Assembly: GCA_963664705.1 (NCBI GenBank)
Contig: OY761556.1
Coordinates: 5,664,001-5,728,000 of the forward strand
DNA length: 64,000 bases
DNA from: Acidobacteriota bacterium
Lineage (GTDB): Bacteria > Acidobacteriota > UBA6911
Direction: 5' to 3'
In this document: positions 1 to 9,778 of the stretch, piece after piece
Layout: each line of letters begins with the position of its first letter
How positions within the stretch are numbered: position 1 is the first letter of the stretch
The notes under the pieces: model-generated
Database searches by the model: none
Told to the model about the DNA's origin: nothing
Seen by the model: the letters and a program-made list of their open reading frames with translations, nothing else
Program-made: the position numbers and the translations under genes

Positions 1-95
1 TATTCCTAGACTTGAGCTTTGCTGCCAGGAAACGACTGTTTCCGGTTTAACAATGAGTAGAGCATTTATCCATGCCGGCCAGACATTACGGGGCA
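1..95 (-). pseudogene. Remnant of an rve-type transposase, same family as 18375-19403
   Basis: Minus strand reads NVWPAWINALLIVKPETVVSWQQ, matching SVWQRWQDSLIVVKPETVVRWHR in the intact copy; no intact ORF. Confidence 0.6.
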
Positions 96-363
96 AAGAC
101 CAATGTTCAAATAAAAACGCCAAAGGTTCGGCCCCCGGCCATTGATTTCAAATGGAAATCCTGTCGCTTTCATTAGCCTAAGAAAATCATGGGTTGCACC
201 ACAACTGTAATCTGTTACGGCGAGTAGCCATCGGACAATTAGGTTTGCTATCGATCACAGGCTGGCTTAAACTGACGCATCGATTCAGCGCTGGCGTTTT
301 GGAGTACCTGAAAGCCATAGGGCCGACCACTCTATTTGCTTGTCCAAAGCTAGGGGAATATCG

Positions 364-3300
364 ATGCCCTCAAATGAAGATTCGGGCTCAAAGCCCAAAG
401 GCAGCATCCGTATTCTGATCCGTCTTATCGTTATAGGATTGGCATACTATTTTTCAAACAAAATATCCTTTTTGTTTCCAGATGATGCCGGGAGTCTTAT
501 GGCTATCTGGCCCGCCGGCGGCATCGGCTTGGCTGCTCTATTACTTACTCCAAAACGGGAGTGGCCGGTCATTTCATTGGTCCTTTTCTTTTCGGGAACA
601 ACAGCCAGCCTATTTGAGGGACGGCCCGTTATTGCAGCCATTGGATATATGGTTGCCAATGTTCTTGAATCACTGATTTGCGCCCACCTGATTCTACATT
701 GGTGCAAAACTTCAATTACTTTTGCCCGCGTAAAGGAAATCTTAGCTTTGCTTCTGGCTGCAACAGCTGGAAATGCCTGCACCGCTTTTGTCGGCGCAGC
801 CGTTGCCGCGATAACTTCACACTCGGCCTTCTGGCATTTTTACGGAACGTGGTTTGTAGCAGATGGACTTGGGATTTTGCTGATCGCCCCGCTGATCGTC
901 TGCTGGCAACCCCAACAACTGCAGTTGCATCGCATTAGCTGGTTCCGACTGGTTGAAGCAACCATTTTGACTGCTTCCGCAGGCTTGTTTGCTAACCTCA
1001 CATTTGGTCCGGTCAATGTCCATTTTGGGATAACCATCACTCCATACATGCTACTTGGAATAGTAGCCTGGGCGGCGCTTCGATTCCGGTTGCGGGGCGC
1101 TTCGATGATCATGGCCATTGTCGCAGCGATTGCTCTCCACTTGACTCTGGTGAAAAGCGGGAACTTCCCGCTGGGCGGTGCCGTTGCGACGCAAAGATTG
1201 CTGATGGTACAAATCTATCTGGGTGTGGTTGGTGCGTCGGGCATGCTACTCGCAGCCAGCCGTTCGGAACAGGAATCAGCCACAAAGCTGCTGAGTGAAA
1301 GCCAGGCACAATATTTCGCTACGTTTCATTCCAGTGCGATGGGCATGATTCTTAACCAGGTCAATGGGCCTATCTTCGAAGTAAATGAGGCGGCCTGCGA
1401 GATCCTGGGATACACACGCGATGAACTTGTCGGGCGCAGCTTCAGAGAACTGGACATTGCAGCGAATCCCGGGGAGCAGGCCGACTTCCCATCCGAACTT
1501 CAGCGGGAAGCCGGCAGGAAGCAATTTGACGCGCAGGTTCGCAGAAAATCAGGCGAAATCCGTGATGTCATGATCGCCTCGGAATGGGCCGAGATGAACG
1601 GCACAACCTGCCTTCTAACCTCCCTGGCTGATGTGAGTGCGCGCAAACGGGCCGAAGAGGCTCTGCGTGCAAGCGAAAATAATCTCAGCGCATTTTTTAA
1701 TACAGTCGATGATTTGGCGGTGGCGGCAACTCTTGATGGACAAATCCTGTTTGCCAATAAGGCTCTAAAAGAAAAACTCGGATACACTCCCGAAGAGCTT
1801 GGAGCAATGCATTTGCTGCAATTGCATCCGGCTGAGCTGAGACAGGAAGCGGAGAGCATTTTTGCGGCAATGTTCCGCGGGGAGCGATCCACATGCCCCC
1901 TGCCTCTTCGAACCAAAAACGGCGATTTGCTGCCGGTAGAGACGCGAGCCTGGTTTGGCGAATGGAATGGGTTGAAGTGCATTTTGGGTCTATGCAAGGA
2001 CTTGACGGTTGAGCAAGAAGCCCATCAGCGATTTGAACGCCTCTTCCAGCATAATCCGGCTCTGATGGCAATGACCAATCTACCAGAAAGACGTTTTTCA
2101 GATGTCAATGAGATATTCCTCAAGACACTTGGTTACAGTCGGGATGAAGTGATCGGGAAAACAGCGGAGGAACTGGGGCTTTTTATAATGCCGTCGCGGC
2201 ATGAAGTTGTTTCAAAGGATTTGAGGGAATCCGGGCATGTCTGCGATGTTGAATTACAGGTGCGCTGCAAGGATGGTCGGATCCTGGATGGCTTATTCTC
2301 TGGCGATCTGATTTCCAGTCAAGGCAAGAGTTATTTCCTGACGGTAATGATCGATATCACTTCGCGCAAGCAGGCAGGACGGGCGTTGCTTGATAGCGAG
2401 GCAAAGCTTGCCAAGATTTTCAACAGTTCCAGTAATGGAATGGTATTTGCCGAATATGAATCCGGAAAGATACTCGATGTCAACAGCACGTGGATTCAGG
2501 AAACAGGAATTGAGCGTGAGGTGGCAATCGGGAAAAATGCAATAGAGTTGGGTATATGCGTAGACTGGATGAATCTGAATTTACGTCTTGCGGAGCTGGA
2601 GCACGAGGGACGTTTTAGGGACCATGAATGTGAACTGCTGGTGAATTCGCGAAAAGTGCCTTATCTGGCGTCCGCCGAAGTCATTGAGCTGCAGAACAAA
2701 CGGTATACGCTGTGGGAGTTTAAAAACATAGCCGAGCGCAAGCAAGTAGAAGAGGCTCTTCTTGCCAGTGAGGCCAGACTTCGTGCGGTGCTGGAAAGCT
2801 CGGTGGATGCTATAGGCGTCCACATCGATGGCATTTGGGAAATGTGTAATCCTGCTGCGGTGAAGCTCTTTGGAGTCGCGTGTTCACAGGATTTGATTGG
2901 ATCCTCAATCCTCAATGTCATTGCTCCGGAGGAGCGAACGCGCATTAGAGCTTATGCAAAGAATCGAGCGCAGGAAAGTGGTGCGCCATCTGCATATATC
3001 ACAAGAGGGCTGCGCGCTGATGGAACAGAATTTGACTTGGATGTGAAAATTACTTCCTTTAACCTGGAAGGCAAAACCTACATCCTTGTCGTTCTGCGCG
3101 ATATCACGGAGGTACTGCAGGCTGAGGAGGCACTGAGAAGAGAGGCAACCTTCCGGCGTTCAATCATCCATCGAGCAACAGAGGGTTTGTGCGTTTGCCA
3201 TCCCGTGCCGGAGTATCCATATCTTCGATTCACCATATGGAACGAGCGCATGAGGCAAATCACGGGGTATTCTCTCGATGAAATTAATCAGCGCGGCTGG

Positions 3301-4191
3301 TATCAGACGCTTTATCCTGATTTAGATGTCCAACATCGGGCTGAGATGCGAATGGAACAAATGCGCAATGGGCAGGATCTGGTTGCTGAGGAGTGGGAGA
3401 TCCGACGGGCAGACGGCCAGATGCGCACAATAAGCATCTCGACGACTGCATTGGAACCCGACGGCAACTCAATACCCGTACTGGCACTGATGTCGGATAT
3501 AACGGAACGTAGGCAGTCGGAAGAAGCGTTAAGAGAACTGCATACATCTGCCGCGCGCGATGCTCAAATCAAGGCGGAGTTAGTTAAGGAGATCAACCAT
3601 CGCGTTAAGAATAATCTGACCTCAATCCTGGGTCTGCTCGTGAGTGAACGTAAAAGAAAACCTGAAGGAGATCAGCCTTTTGTTAATGAAGCTCTGGACC
3701 GATTGTCCAATCGCGTTCGCAGTTTGCTTGATGTTCACCAGATGCTGGCGGAATCCCAATGGGGACCCGTCAGAGTGACTGACCTCGCAGAACACATTAT
3801 TCAGGGAGTAATTGCAGCAGCTCCGGGTTTGAACCCAATTGCCCTGGTAATTGAAAAATCTCCCATGCACGTATCCCCTCGCCAAGCCGGCAACCTGGCA
3901 TTGGTCTTTAACGAGTTGGCGACTAACTCGATCAAACATATGTCTGCTCAGCGACCGTTGACAACCATTCGAATACATGTGGACCAGGATGATGGATTTT
4001 CAAGAATAGTGTATCGCGATGATGGCCCCGGATATCCCGGGAGCGTGCTTTGCAGTGGACAGAAGGCTGTCGGTCTTGGTTTGGTCAAGCAGTTGGTGAC
4101 CGAATCATTGCGAGGCGAGCTCATTCTGACGAATGAGAGCGGGGCGATTGCAAATCTGCGTATCAAAAATGAAGAGGCTGCGCGAACGTAG
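364..4191 (+). CDS. Membrane (MASE1-like) multi-PAS sensor histidine kinase, HisKA_2/PdtaS type
   Basis: Multi-TM N-terminus with IWPAGG motif; about six PAS/PAC repeats; H-box KEINHRVKNNL; N-box ELATNSIKH; DDGPG; GLGL. ATG 364 preferred over TTG 340. Confidence 0.9.
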   Translation: MPSNEDSGSKPKGSIRILIRLIVIGLAYYFSNKISFLFPDDAGSLMAIWPAGGIGLAALLLTPKREWPVISLVLFFSGTTASLFEGRPVIAAIGYMVANVLESLICAHLILHWCKTSITFARVKEILALLLAATAGNACTAFVGAAVAAITSHSAFWHFYGTWFVADGLGILLIAPLIVCWQPQQLQLHRISWFRLVEATILTASAGLFANLTFGPVNVHFGITITPYMLLGIVAWAALRFRLRGASMIMAIVAAIALHLTLVKSGNFPLGGAVATQRLLMVQIYLGVVGASGMLLAASRSEQESATKLLSESQAQYFATFHSSAMGMILNQVNGPIFEVNEAACEILGYTRDELVGRSFRELDIAANPGEQADFPSELQREAGRKQFDAQVRRKSGEIRDVMIASEWAEMNGTTCLLTSLADVSARKRAEEALRASENNLSAFFNTVDDLAVAATLDGQILFANKALKEKLGYTPEELGAMHLLQLHPAELRQEAESIFAAMFRGERSTCPLPLRTKNGDLLPVETRAWFGEWNGLKCILGLCKDLTVEQEAHQRFERLFQHNPALMAMTNLPERRFSDVNEIFLKTLGYSRDEVIGKTAEELGLFIMPSRHEVVSKDLRESGHVCDVELQVRCKDGRILDGLFSGDLISSQGKSYFLTVMIDITSRKQAGRALLDSEAKLAKIFNSSSNGMVFAEYESGKILDVNSTWIQETGIEREVAIGKNAIELGICVDWMNLNLRLAELEHEGRFRDHECELLVNSRKVPYLASAEVIELQNKRYTLWEFKNIAERKQVEEALLASEARLRAVLESSVDAIGVHIDGIWEMCNPAAVKLFGVACSQDLIGSSILNVIAPEERTRIRAYAKNRAQESGAPSAYITRGLRADGTEFDLDVKITSFNLEGKTYILVVLRDITEVLQAEEALRREATFRRSIIHRATEGLCVCHPVPEYPYLRFTIWNERMRQITGYSLDEINQRGWYQTLYPDLDVQHRAEMRMEQMRNGQDLVAEEWEIRRADGQMRTISISTTALEPDGNSIPVLALMSDITERRQSEEALRELHTSAARDAQIKAELVKEINHRVKNNLTSILGLLVSERKRKPEGDQPFVNEALDRLSNRVRSLLDVHQMLAESQWGPVRVTDLAEHIIQGVIAAAPGLNPIALVIEKSPMHVSPRQAGNLALVFNELATNSIKHMSAQRPLTTIRIHVDQDDGFSRIVYRDDGPGYPGSVLCSGQKAVGLGLVKQLVTESLRGELILTNESGAIANLRIKNEEAART

Positions 4192-4223
4192 CATTACGCA
4201 GACCGAACGGAGTCAAAAACACT

Positions 4224-6140
4224 ATGAAACCACTCAATGTTTTGATTGTCGACGACGATTCGCTGGTAAGCGATGTTATTCAAAGCGAACTTGAATCGGT
4301 TGGTCATACGGTGATCGGCCGGGCATCGGATGGCAACCAGGCTGTAGAAATGGCAATGTCCCTTAATCCTGATTTGGTTTTGATGGACATAGCTATGCCT
4401 GAAGTTGATGGATTAGAAGCCACGCGAAGAATTCAACAGTATTGCCCGCGACCTGTCGTATTGCTGACGGCGCACGACTGCGTTGATCTCATTGGGAAAG
4501 CTGGTGAACTCGGAGCCTCCTCCTACCTACTGAAGCCGCCTCGAGCATCGGAACTTTCTAGGACAATGGAAATTGCGCGCGCGCGCTTTGAGGATTGGAG
4601 CGCTATGCAGCGTATGAACCAATCTTTGAACGAGGCTAAGCAATTTGCGGAAGGCGTGATCTCATCCATGCAGGATGGTTTTATTGTTATCGACAATGCT
4701 GGAACTCACCGCACGATTAACGATGCCTTTTGCCGAATGACCGGGTTTTCGAAAGATGAGCTGTTTGGAATTGGCATGCCATACCCGTATTGGCCGCAAT
4801 CAAAGAGTGCTCTGATCGAGCAGGAAATGAAGAGGGCAATGAAGGGCGAGGCAGCGGATATGGATTTTACATTCATGCGCAAGGACGGCACTTTATTTCC
4901 TGCAGAAGTGGCGCTTGCCCCTGTGAAGGCCCGGGATGAAAGTCAGCCCAGTTATTGCTTTACGATTAAAGATCTTACCGAGCGAAAGCGATCAGAGGAC
5001 CAGATCCGGCAGGCTTTGAGAATGCAAGGCATCCAGCATCTGGCGGCAGGGATAGCGCATGAATTTAACAACATCCTGGCAGGCCAGATTATGAGCTTGG
5101 AATTGATGCGGCCTTCCGGCGGTGAAGGATCAGAGGAACATGAACTCATACAGTGCATGAAGGATGGCTGCCAGCGAGCCGCGGGTCTAGTAAAGCAGAT
5201 TATGGCATTAAGCGGTCAATCTCTAATGCAACCGCAGCCGCTTAATTTGTTATCCTGCATCTCAAATCACCTGGAGAACCTGAGGGAATTAGTTGGCGAG
5301 CGCATTTCCTTGAAGTTAACCTGCGCCAAAGCCATCTCCGATGTAAAAGCCGATCCGGCATTGATCCACAGGGTATTGGAATGCCTGTGCGAAAACGCGC
5401 AGAATGCGATGAAGAATGGCGGATTGCTGACGCTTGATTTGGTGGAAGTCGAGATTGGATTGGATCAGGCCAAAGGTCAATCTAATGTTCGATCAGGGCA
5501 ATACATCCGCCTTTCTGTAGCTGATACTGGTTGCGGCATGGATTGTCATACCCTGCAAAACATCTTTGACCCGTTTTTTACCACCAGGAATGTGGGCGAG
5601 GGACATGGGTTGGGTCTGCCTGTAGTTCAAGGGATTGTACATCAGCATAACGGATGGGTTGAAGTTGAGAGCAAGATTGGCGTGGGGACAACGTTCCGCG
5701 TTTTTCTTCCGATACTGAAACCATCTCCAAAATCTTCCGCGATCGCCACAATGGACAAACCGGCGAATCGCTCGGGCGCTATCCTTTTAGTGGAAGATGA
5801 GCCAATGTTGAGAGAGTTAACACGAAAATGTCTGGTCAAGCAGGGTTATAGAGTTCTTGAGGCCGCCACGGGTGAAGAAGCCTTGGCTGTTTGGAAGGCC
5901 AACAGTTTGGAAATTGAGCTTATATATACGGACATGATGATGCCGGGAGAACTCACCGGCCTCCAGGTTGTACAATATCTTTTGGCAGAGAATCCGCGTC
6001 TCAAAGCGATAATTACTACAGGCTATGATGCCACACTGATCAAATTGGATAAATCGCTTGAGAGGACGATAGTCTTGCTTCCAAAGCCATGCCCGATTCA
6101 AGTATTGCTTGGGACCATCAATCAATGTTTCAAGGTCTGA
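4224..6140 (+). CDS. Hybrid REC-PAS-HisKA-HATPase-REC signalling protein
   Basis: VLIVDDD..DLVLMDIAMP..KP receiver; PAS; AGIAHEFNNIL; DTGCG..FDPFFTT..GLGL; C-terminal receiver ILLVEDE..TDMMMP. Confidence 0.92.
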   Translation: MKPLNVLIVDDDSLVSDVIQSELESVGHTVIGRASDGNQAVEMAMSLNPDLVLMDIAMPEVDGLEATRRIQQYCPRPVVLLTAHDCVDLIGKAGELGASSYLLKPPRASELSRTMEIARARFEDWSAMQRMNQSLNEAKQFAEGVISSMQDGFIVIDNAGTHRTINDAFCRMTGFSKDELFGIGMPYPYWPQSKSALIEQEMKRAMKGEAADMDFTFMRKDGTLFPAEVALAPVKARDESQPSYCFTIKDLTERKRSEDQIRQALRMQGIQHLAAGIAHEFNNILAGQIMSLELMRPSGGEGSEEHELIQCMKDGCQRAAGLVKQIMALSGQSLMQPQPLNLLSCISNHLENLRELVGERISLKLTCAKAISDVKADPALIHRVLECLCENAQNAMKNGGLLTLDLVEVEIGLDQAKGQSNVRSGQYIRLSVADTGCGMDCHTLQNIFDPFFTTRNVGEGHGLGLPVVQGIVHQHNGWVEVESKIGVGTTFRVFLPILKPSPKSSAIATMDKPANRSGAILLVEDEPMLRELTRKCLVKQGYRVLEAATGEEALAVWKANSLEIELIYTDMMMPGELTGLQVVQYLLAENPRLKAIITTGYDATLIKLDKSLERTIVLLPKPCPIQVLLGTINQCFKV

Positions 6141-6338
6141 ATGCAGAAGGTTTTCATTTTGCATTGTACCGGTTCGATTTCTGCTTCAAGATATGGGGGT
6201 AAAATATCAAATTACATATTCCCGAGAGTTGGTATTCGCGACGTAATTTGCACGGGTCAGCAGACCATTTGAGAAATCGACCGATCTCTCAAATGGTCTT
6301 GGCTATGGTAGAAAAGAGCGATACTGCTGCAGGCCTGT

Positions 6339-6869
6339 TCAATTTGACTGCGAGCCTTCGCTTGAAATAAGGCACTTTTCGTTCTGTCGTGATTTACCCT
6401 TTCTGTTGACCTTGTCCGATGAGTGGTTCTCGCGCGAAAATAGTTTTCCCAGCAAGGTGCTTTCAAATGAGGAGAAAAGCCGTTCAGAGAAACCGAAAAG
6501 CAGCGCGAGACTCAAAATCACCAGCAGATAAAGAGTCGAAGAACCATCGGGCGTGTTGAAGTTCTTTATAATGGCTCCGATAGACTTCGGCTGCCCATCG
6601 AATGTGAAATTGAAACTGATGGTACCTGAGGCCAGAAAGCCGAAGCCGATCATCGATGCGAGCGCTCCCGTGACAACTCTCCCAAAGATACCAAGCATCG
6701 TTGTCACATTTTCCCCATAATCCATTACGTGTGGGAACTTCAGAAGCACACTGACGCATGCCCCGCAAACTCCGGCTACAAGGAACCCGGGGATCAGGTG
6801 ATTTCGATTAAGCAGCATGACGGAGGCCACCAGACTGCATATGGCGATGGCCGAAGATATAGATTTCAA
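6339..6869 (-). pseudogene. Multi-TM membrane protein, probably 5'-disrupted
   Basis: Hydrophobic helices ending LLFGFSERLF; TTG start shortly after an in-frame stop; IS remnant just upstream. Confidence 0.5.
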
Positions 6870-6948
6870 TATTAATAGCTGCGGTTAGCCCAATCGACAT
6901 AACCTTCCCTGGAATCATGCTCTTCCAAAATACATTCATAGAGATTCC

Positions 6949-7311
6949 TGTGCTCCGCAATAAATACATCCTGCCGTTCCCGGAACGGGTAGGCGACGCT
7001 AGTATGTATTAGCGCGCAAAGGAATTATGTGACATCCTACGGGGCCCATGGACCTGCTCACAACGCTGACACACTTTCTTACGGTATCGGTTCTTCTGCT
7101 TGTGGACATCCTCCGTTTTTGGGCTTTGTCCGCCCGATCAGGCGCAAGCTTAAGAGCTGAAAATCTCTTTCTTCGAAAGCAACTGGCACTCTATGAAGAG
7201 CGGAAGATAAAGCCGCGGCGAGCGAATGACAGTACCCGGCTCGTTTTGGTGCTGCTGTCGAGATTGTTTGACAGCAGGGGGTTTAATTTTAGGATAGCGT
7301 TGCTAGATTGA
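6949..7311 (+). mobile_element. Truncated rve-family IS remnant (left end plus transposase N-terminus 7048-7311)
   Basis: End TGTGCTCCGCAATAA resembles TGTGCCTTGCCAAAA at 18186; LRAENLFLRKQLAL matches LALENLALRQQLAI of the intact transposase. Confidence 0.7.
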
Positions 7312-7561
7312 CACGAGTTTTTGGAATAACTCACCGGATTATCGAAAATCCAATTTGCTATGATTAGGAGAAGAGATACCAAGATAGGTGACATCGCATA
7401 ACTAATATGAGATATGGAAGCTCAAAATCCCGAGTGGCACATCCAGGCGAATCTTGGCTCATATTTCCTTCGCAACATATCCCAATAGAATCCAAGAAAC
7501 GATTGGGCGGCTGCCATATCCGTTGTAAAGAGCATATCGTAATTGAAATTTCGATCCTTGT

Positions 7562-7738
7562 TCACCGGTGCCTATATCGAGCCGCCATCTTGCATATCGA
7601 TAGCGCCAGAAGGGTAAGAGAAATGGTTACGAAACATAAAACAGCATCCTTTGGACCGGCAATCCATTCGCAAAAGAGGTAAAGGCATAGCGCGAGAAAC
7701 TGCAGTTGAACGACTCGAATGACTACTTTGAGTAACAT
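7562..7738 (-). CDS. Small (58 aa) two-TM membrane protein, copy 1
   Basis: GGAGG RBS; paralogue at 21051-21227 keeps protein similarity and stop position where the DNA has diverged. Confidence 0.6.
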   Translation of the reverse strand: MLLKVVIRVVQLQFLALCLYLFCEWIAGPKDAVLCFVTISLTLLALSICKMAARYRHR

Positions 7739-7888
7739 GCGCTTCGTACCTCCATGGTTCGGGCTGCTCAATCTGCTACAAATAGTTTTTTGTAGCAGAT
7801 GTGAAAAGCGATCGCATCCAAGTCAGATGCGGCTTGTAGCGGTGTAGCGGATCTTTCCAGGGGTGCGGAAGGTCCCCCCTATGGCACC

Positions 7889-9103
7889 CTAAGATGCTAC
7901 AGCCTGCTTTCCCGAAATTATTGCGGTTAAGCGTTTGGCCCAAGCCTCCAAGGCCTCTTTCTTCTCCGCATCGTAACTGTGCCGGTCATAGACGGCGGTA
8001 ATATCCCTCTCGACATGATTCAGGATTTTTTTGACTGTAAGGCGTGGAATTCCCATTCCCGTCATCAGACTGGCGGCGGTGCGCCGGAAGTCATGACCAA
8101 CAAATTTGATCTTTGTGGCTCTTTGGATCCGCTCCAGTGCTTTCTGTGGATTGCTTATGTGCGTGTCGCCTTTAGGACTAGGAAAAACAAACCGCGAGTA
8201 CTCGTCCTTTCCTGCAATTGATCTCATTTCTTTAATAATGGATAGCGCTGGCTCACTGAGGGGAACCCGATGAGATAAGCCGTTCTTCGTTTTTGCTCCG
8301 GGGATTGTCCACCACCCGGAGTCAGTGTCAATTTCATCCCATTCTATGCCCATGACCTCAGCTCCTCGCTGAGCGGTCAGGAGTCTCAATTTCATGGTCC
8401 CGGCAGTAATAGCCTTTATCTTTAGATGTGATTCGTTTGTATCTTTCCTGTCGGCTTCTATGGCATCCCAAATGATCTTGATTTCATCTTCTGACAAAAC
8501 TCTGTCCCGCTGGTGCTCTTTTCCGGGTGCAGGTATCAAGTAGACTGGATTACTTTCGACAATGTCGGTGGTGATGGCCCAGTTGAAGATTTTTCGCAGA
8601 AGAGCCCGGATACGATTGGCCATTATTGGCGCAGTTAAGCTTTTACGTTCCAACAAGGCACGAACGTCTTTCCGGGTGATATCCTTGGCATACTGCCTGC
8701 CGAATTCCGGGATGAGGTCCTTTTTAATGACCCGTTCATCCTCCTGCCAGCTTTTCTTTTGGGTTTTGGCATGGCGCTCAATATATTCCAGGGCAACCTG
8801 TCTAAAGGTTAGTGCATGCCGTTCTTCCTGTTTCTCGGTAGCTGGATCCTGTCCGAGTTCTGCATTTCTGAGGGCTTTTGTAGCTTCGTTTCGTGCCTTG
8901 GCTAGACTCAGTAATGGGTAAGTGCCCAGTTTCATACGACGCAGGCGATCGCCGTGGCGATACATAACTCCAAAGCTCTTTTTCCCGTCTTGTGAGACAC
9001 GCAGGAAGAAGCCTGAAAGTGCTTTGTCGAAGTAGTCGACCTGCTTCCCAGGAACACCTTCCAGGAACTTAATTTTGGCGGCTGTGAATTTGATGGAGGG
9101 CAT
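7889..9103 (-). CDS. Tyrosine recombinase/integrase, P4/IntA-like with arm-binding domain, copy 1
   Basis: LTAQRGAEV (R), TKNG (K), HDFRRT, LNH, VYDRHSY (Y); N-terminal arm-binding domain; adjacent to a tRNA fragment. Confidence 0.95.
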   Translation of the reverse strand: MPSIKFTAAKIKFLEGVPGKQVDYFDKALSGFFLRVSQDGKKSFGVMYRHGDRLRRMKLGTYPLLSLAKARNEATKALRNAELGQDPATEKQEERHALTFRQVALEYIERHAKTQKKSWQEDERVIKKDLIPEFGRQYAKDITRKDVRALLERKSLTAPIMANRIRALLRKIFNWAITTDIVESNPVYLIPAPGKEHQRDRVLSEDEIKIIWDAIEADRKDTNESHLKIKAITAGTMKLRLLTAQRGAEVMGIEWDEIDTDSGWWTIPGAKTKNGLSHRVPLSEPALSIIKEMRSIAGKDEYSRFVFPSPKGDTHISNPQKALERIQRATKIKFVGHDFRRTAASLMTGMGIPRLTVKKILNHVERDITAVYDRHSYDAEKKEALEAWAKRLTAIISGKQAVAS

Positions 9104-9126
9104 GGATTATCTCCCTTGATTTTCAA

Positions 9127-9191
9127 AAAGGTAACACAAAGGTAACAAAATATCCATGACTGTAGTGAAACGTAGTGAACCGTAGTGAAAC
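9127..9191 (+). promoter_or_regulatory. Putative integrase arm-type sites (AAAGGTAAC x2) and 3x10-bp tandem repeat GTAGTGAA(A/C)C
   Basis: Direct repeats between integrase start and att core; duplicated at 22616-22680; AAAGGTAAC x2 recurs at 9382-9401. Confidence 0.6.
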
Positions 9192-9299
9192 AACAAAATG
9201 TGATTATAATCAGTATCTATGCGGTGATAGTGCGGGAATAGGTTGTTTCACTGTTGTTCAGGACGTTTCTGTAAGTGTTGACAGGAGAGAAACCGAATT

Positions 9300-9345
9300 A
9301 CTGGCAGTCAGGAGGTCACGAGTTCGATCCTCGTCAGCTCCACCA
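9300..9345 (+). tRNA. 3' half of tRNA-Ala(GGC), attachment-site core (not a functional gene)
   Basis: Anticodon loop CTGGCAG, TCAGG stem strand, T-arm ACGAG-TTCGATC-CTCGT, AGCTCCACCA end; no 5' half upstream. Confidence 0.88.
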
Positions 9346-9778
9346 ATAGAATCAACAACTTACATCCTTTCCGCAAATTCCAAAGGTAACAAAAAGGTAA
9401 CAGCTGCAACAATAATTCACCTAAGGAGGTCACAGCTTTCTCTTGGATAGCCTCTGCAAAGTCAGGCAATCGTGCAACTATCACCGGCCTCCTTTGTTTC
9501 CTGCCTCCTCAGGAATTCAGACTGAAAATTGCGTCATACCGAATGCAAAGGAATGACGCTAGTAGCTTCGGTTGCTCTATCCTCACATCGCAAGGCGCAC
9601 AGAATTTCTAGTCCAGGGCTTTAGGCTCGTCGAGGTGCTTGTAGCCTTCTTTTTCGGCATATGGTTCGGCGGAAGAGGCTTTATGTGCTCCGGGAGCTTT
9701 CTGCAGGATCCTGGGCTCCGTAGGATTTGTTGATAATGTATCGCATCTCGTCACAAAGGTGCTCCAGCGGAAGCCCGA

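Larger units (their letters stand above)
7647..9348. repeat. 1.7-kb direct repeat, copy 1 (copy 2 at 21136-22837, offset 13489)
   Basis: Identical integrase translation, identical overlapping shadow ORFs and matching intergenic sequence; identity runs from TCCTTTGGACC to CACCAATA. Confidence 0.95.

Noticed and set aside
9162-9191. CRISPR array
   Set aside because: Repeats are 10 bp and contiguous with no spacers; no cas genes in the window
9300-9345. Intact tRNA-Ala gene (also at 22789-22834)
   Set aside because: No 5' acceptor strand, D-arm or 5' anticodon stem upstream; only an att fragment
9175-9450. ORFs spanning the att sites (also 22664-22846)
   Set aside because: Chance frames across arm repeats and the tRNA fragment
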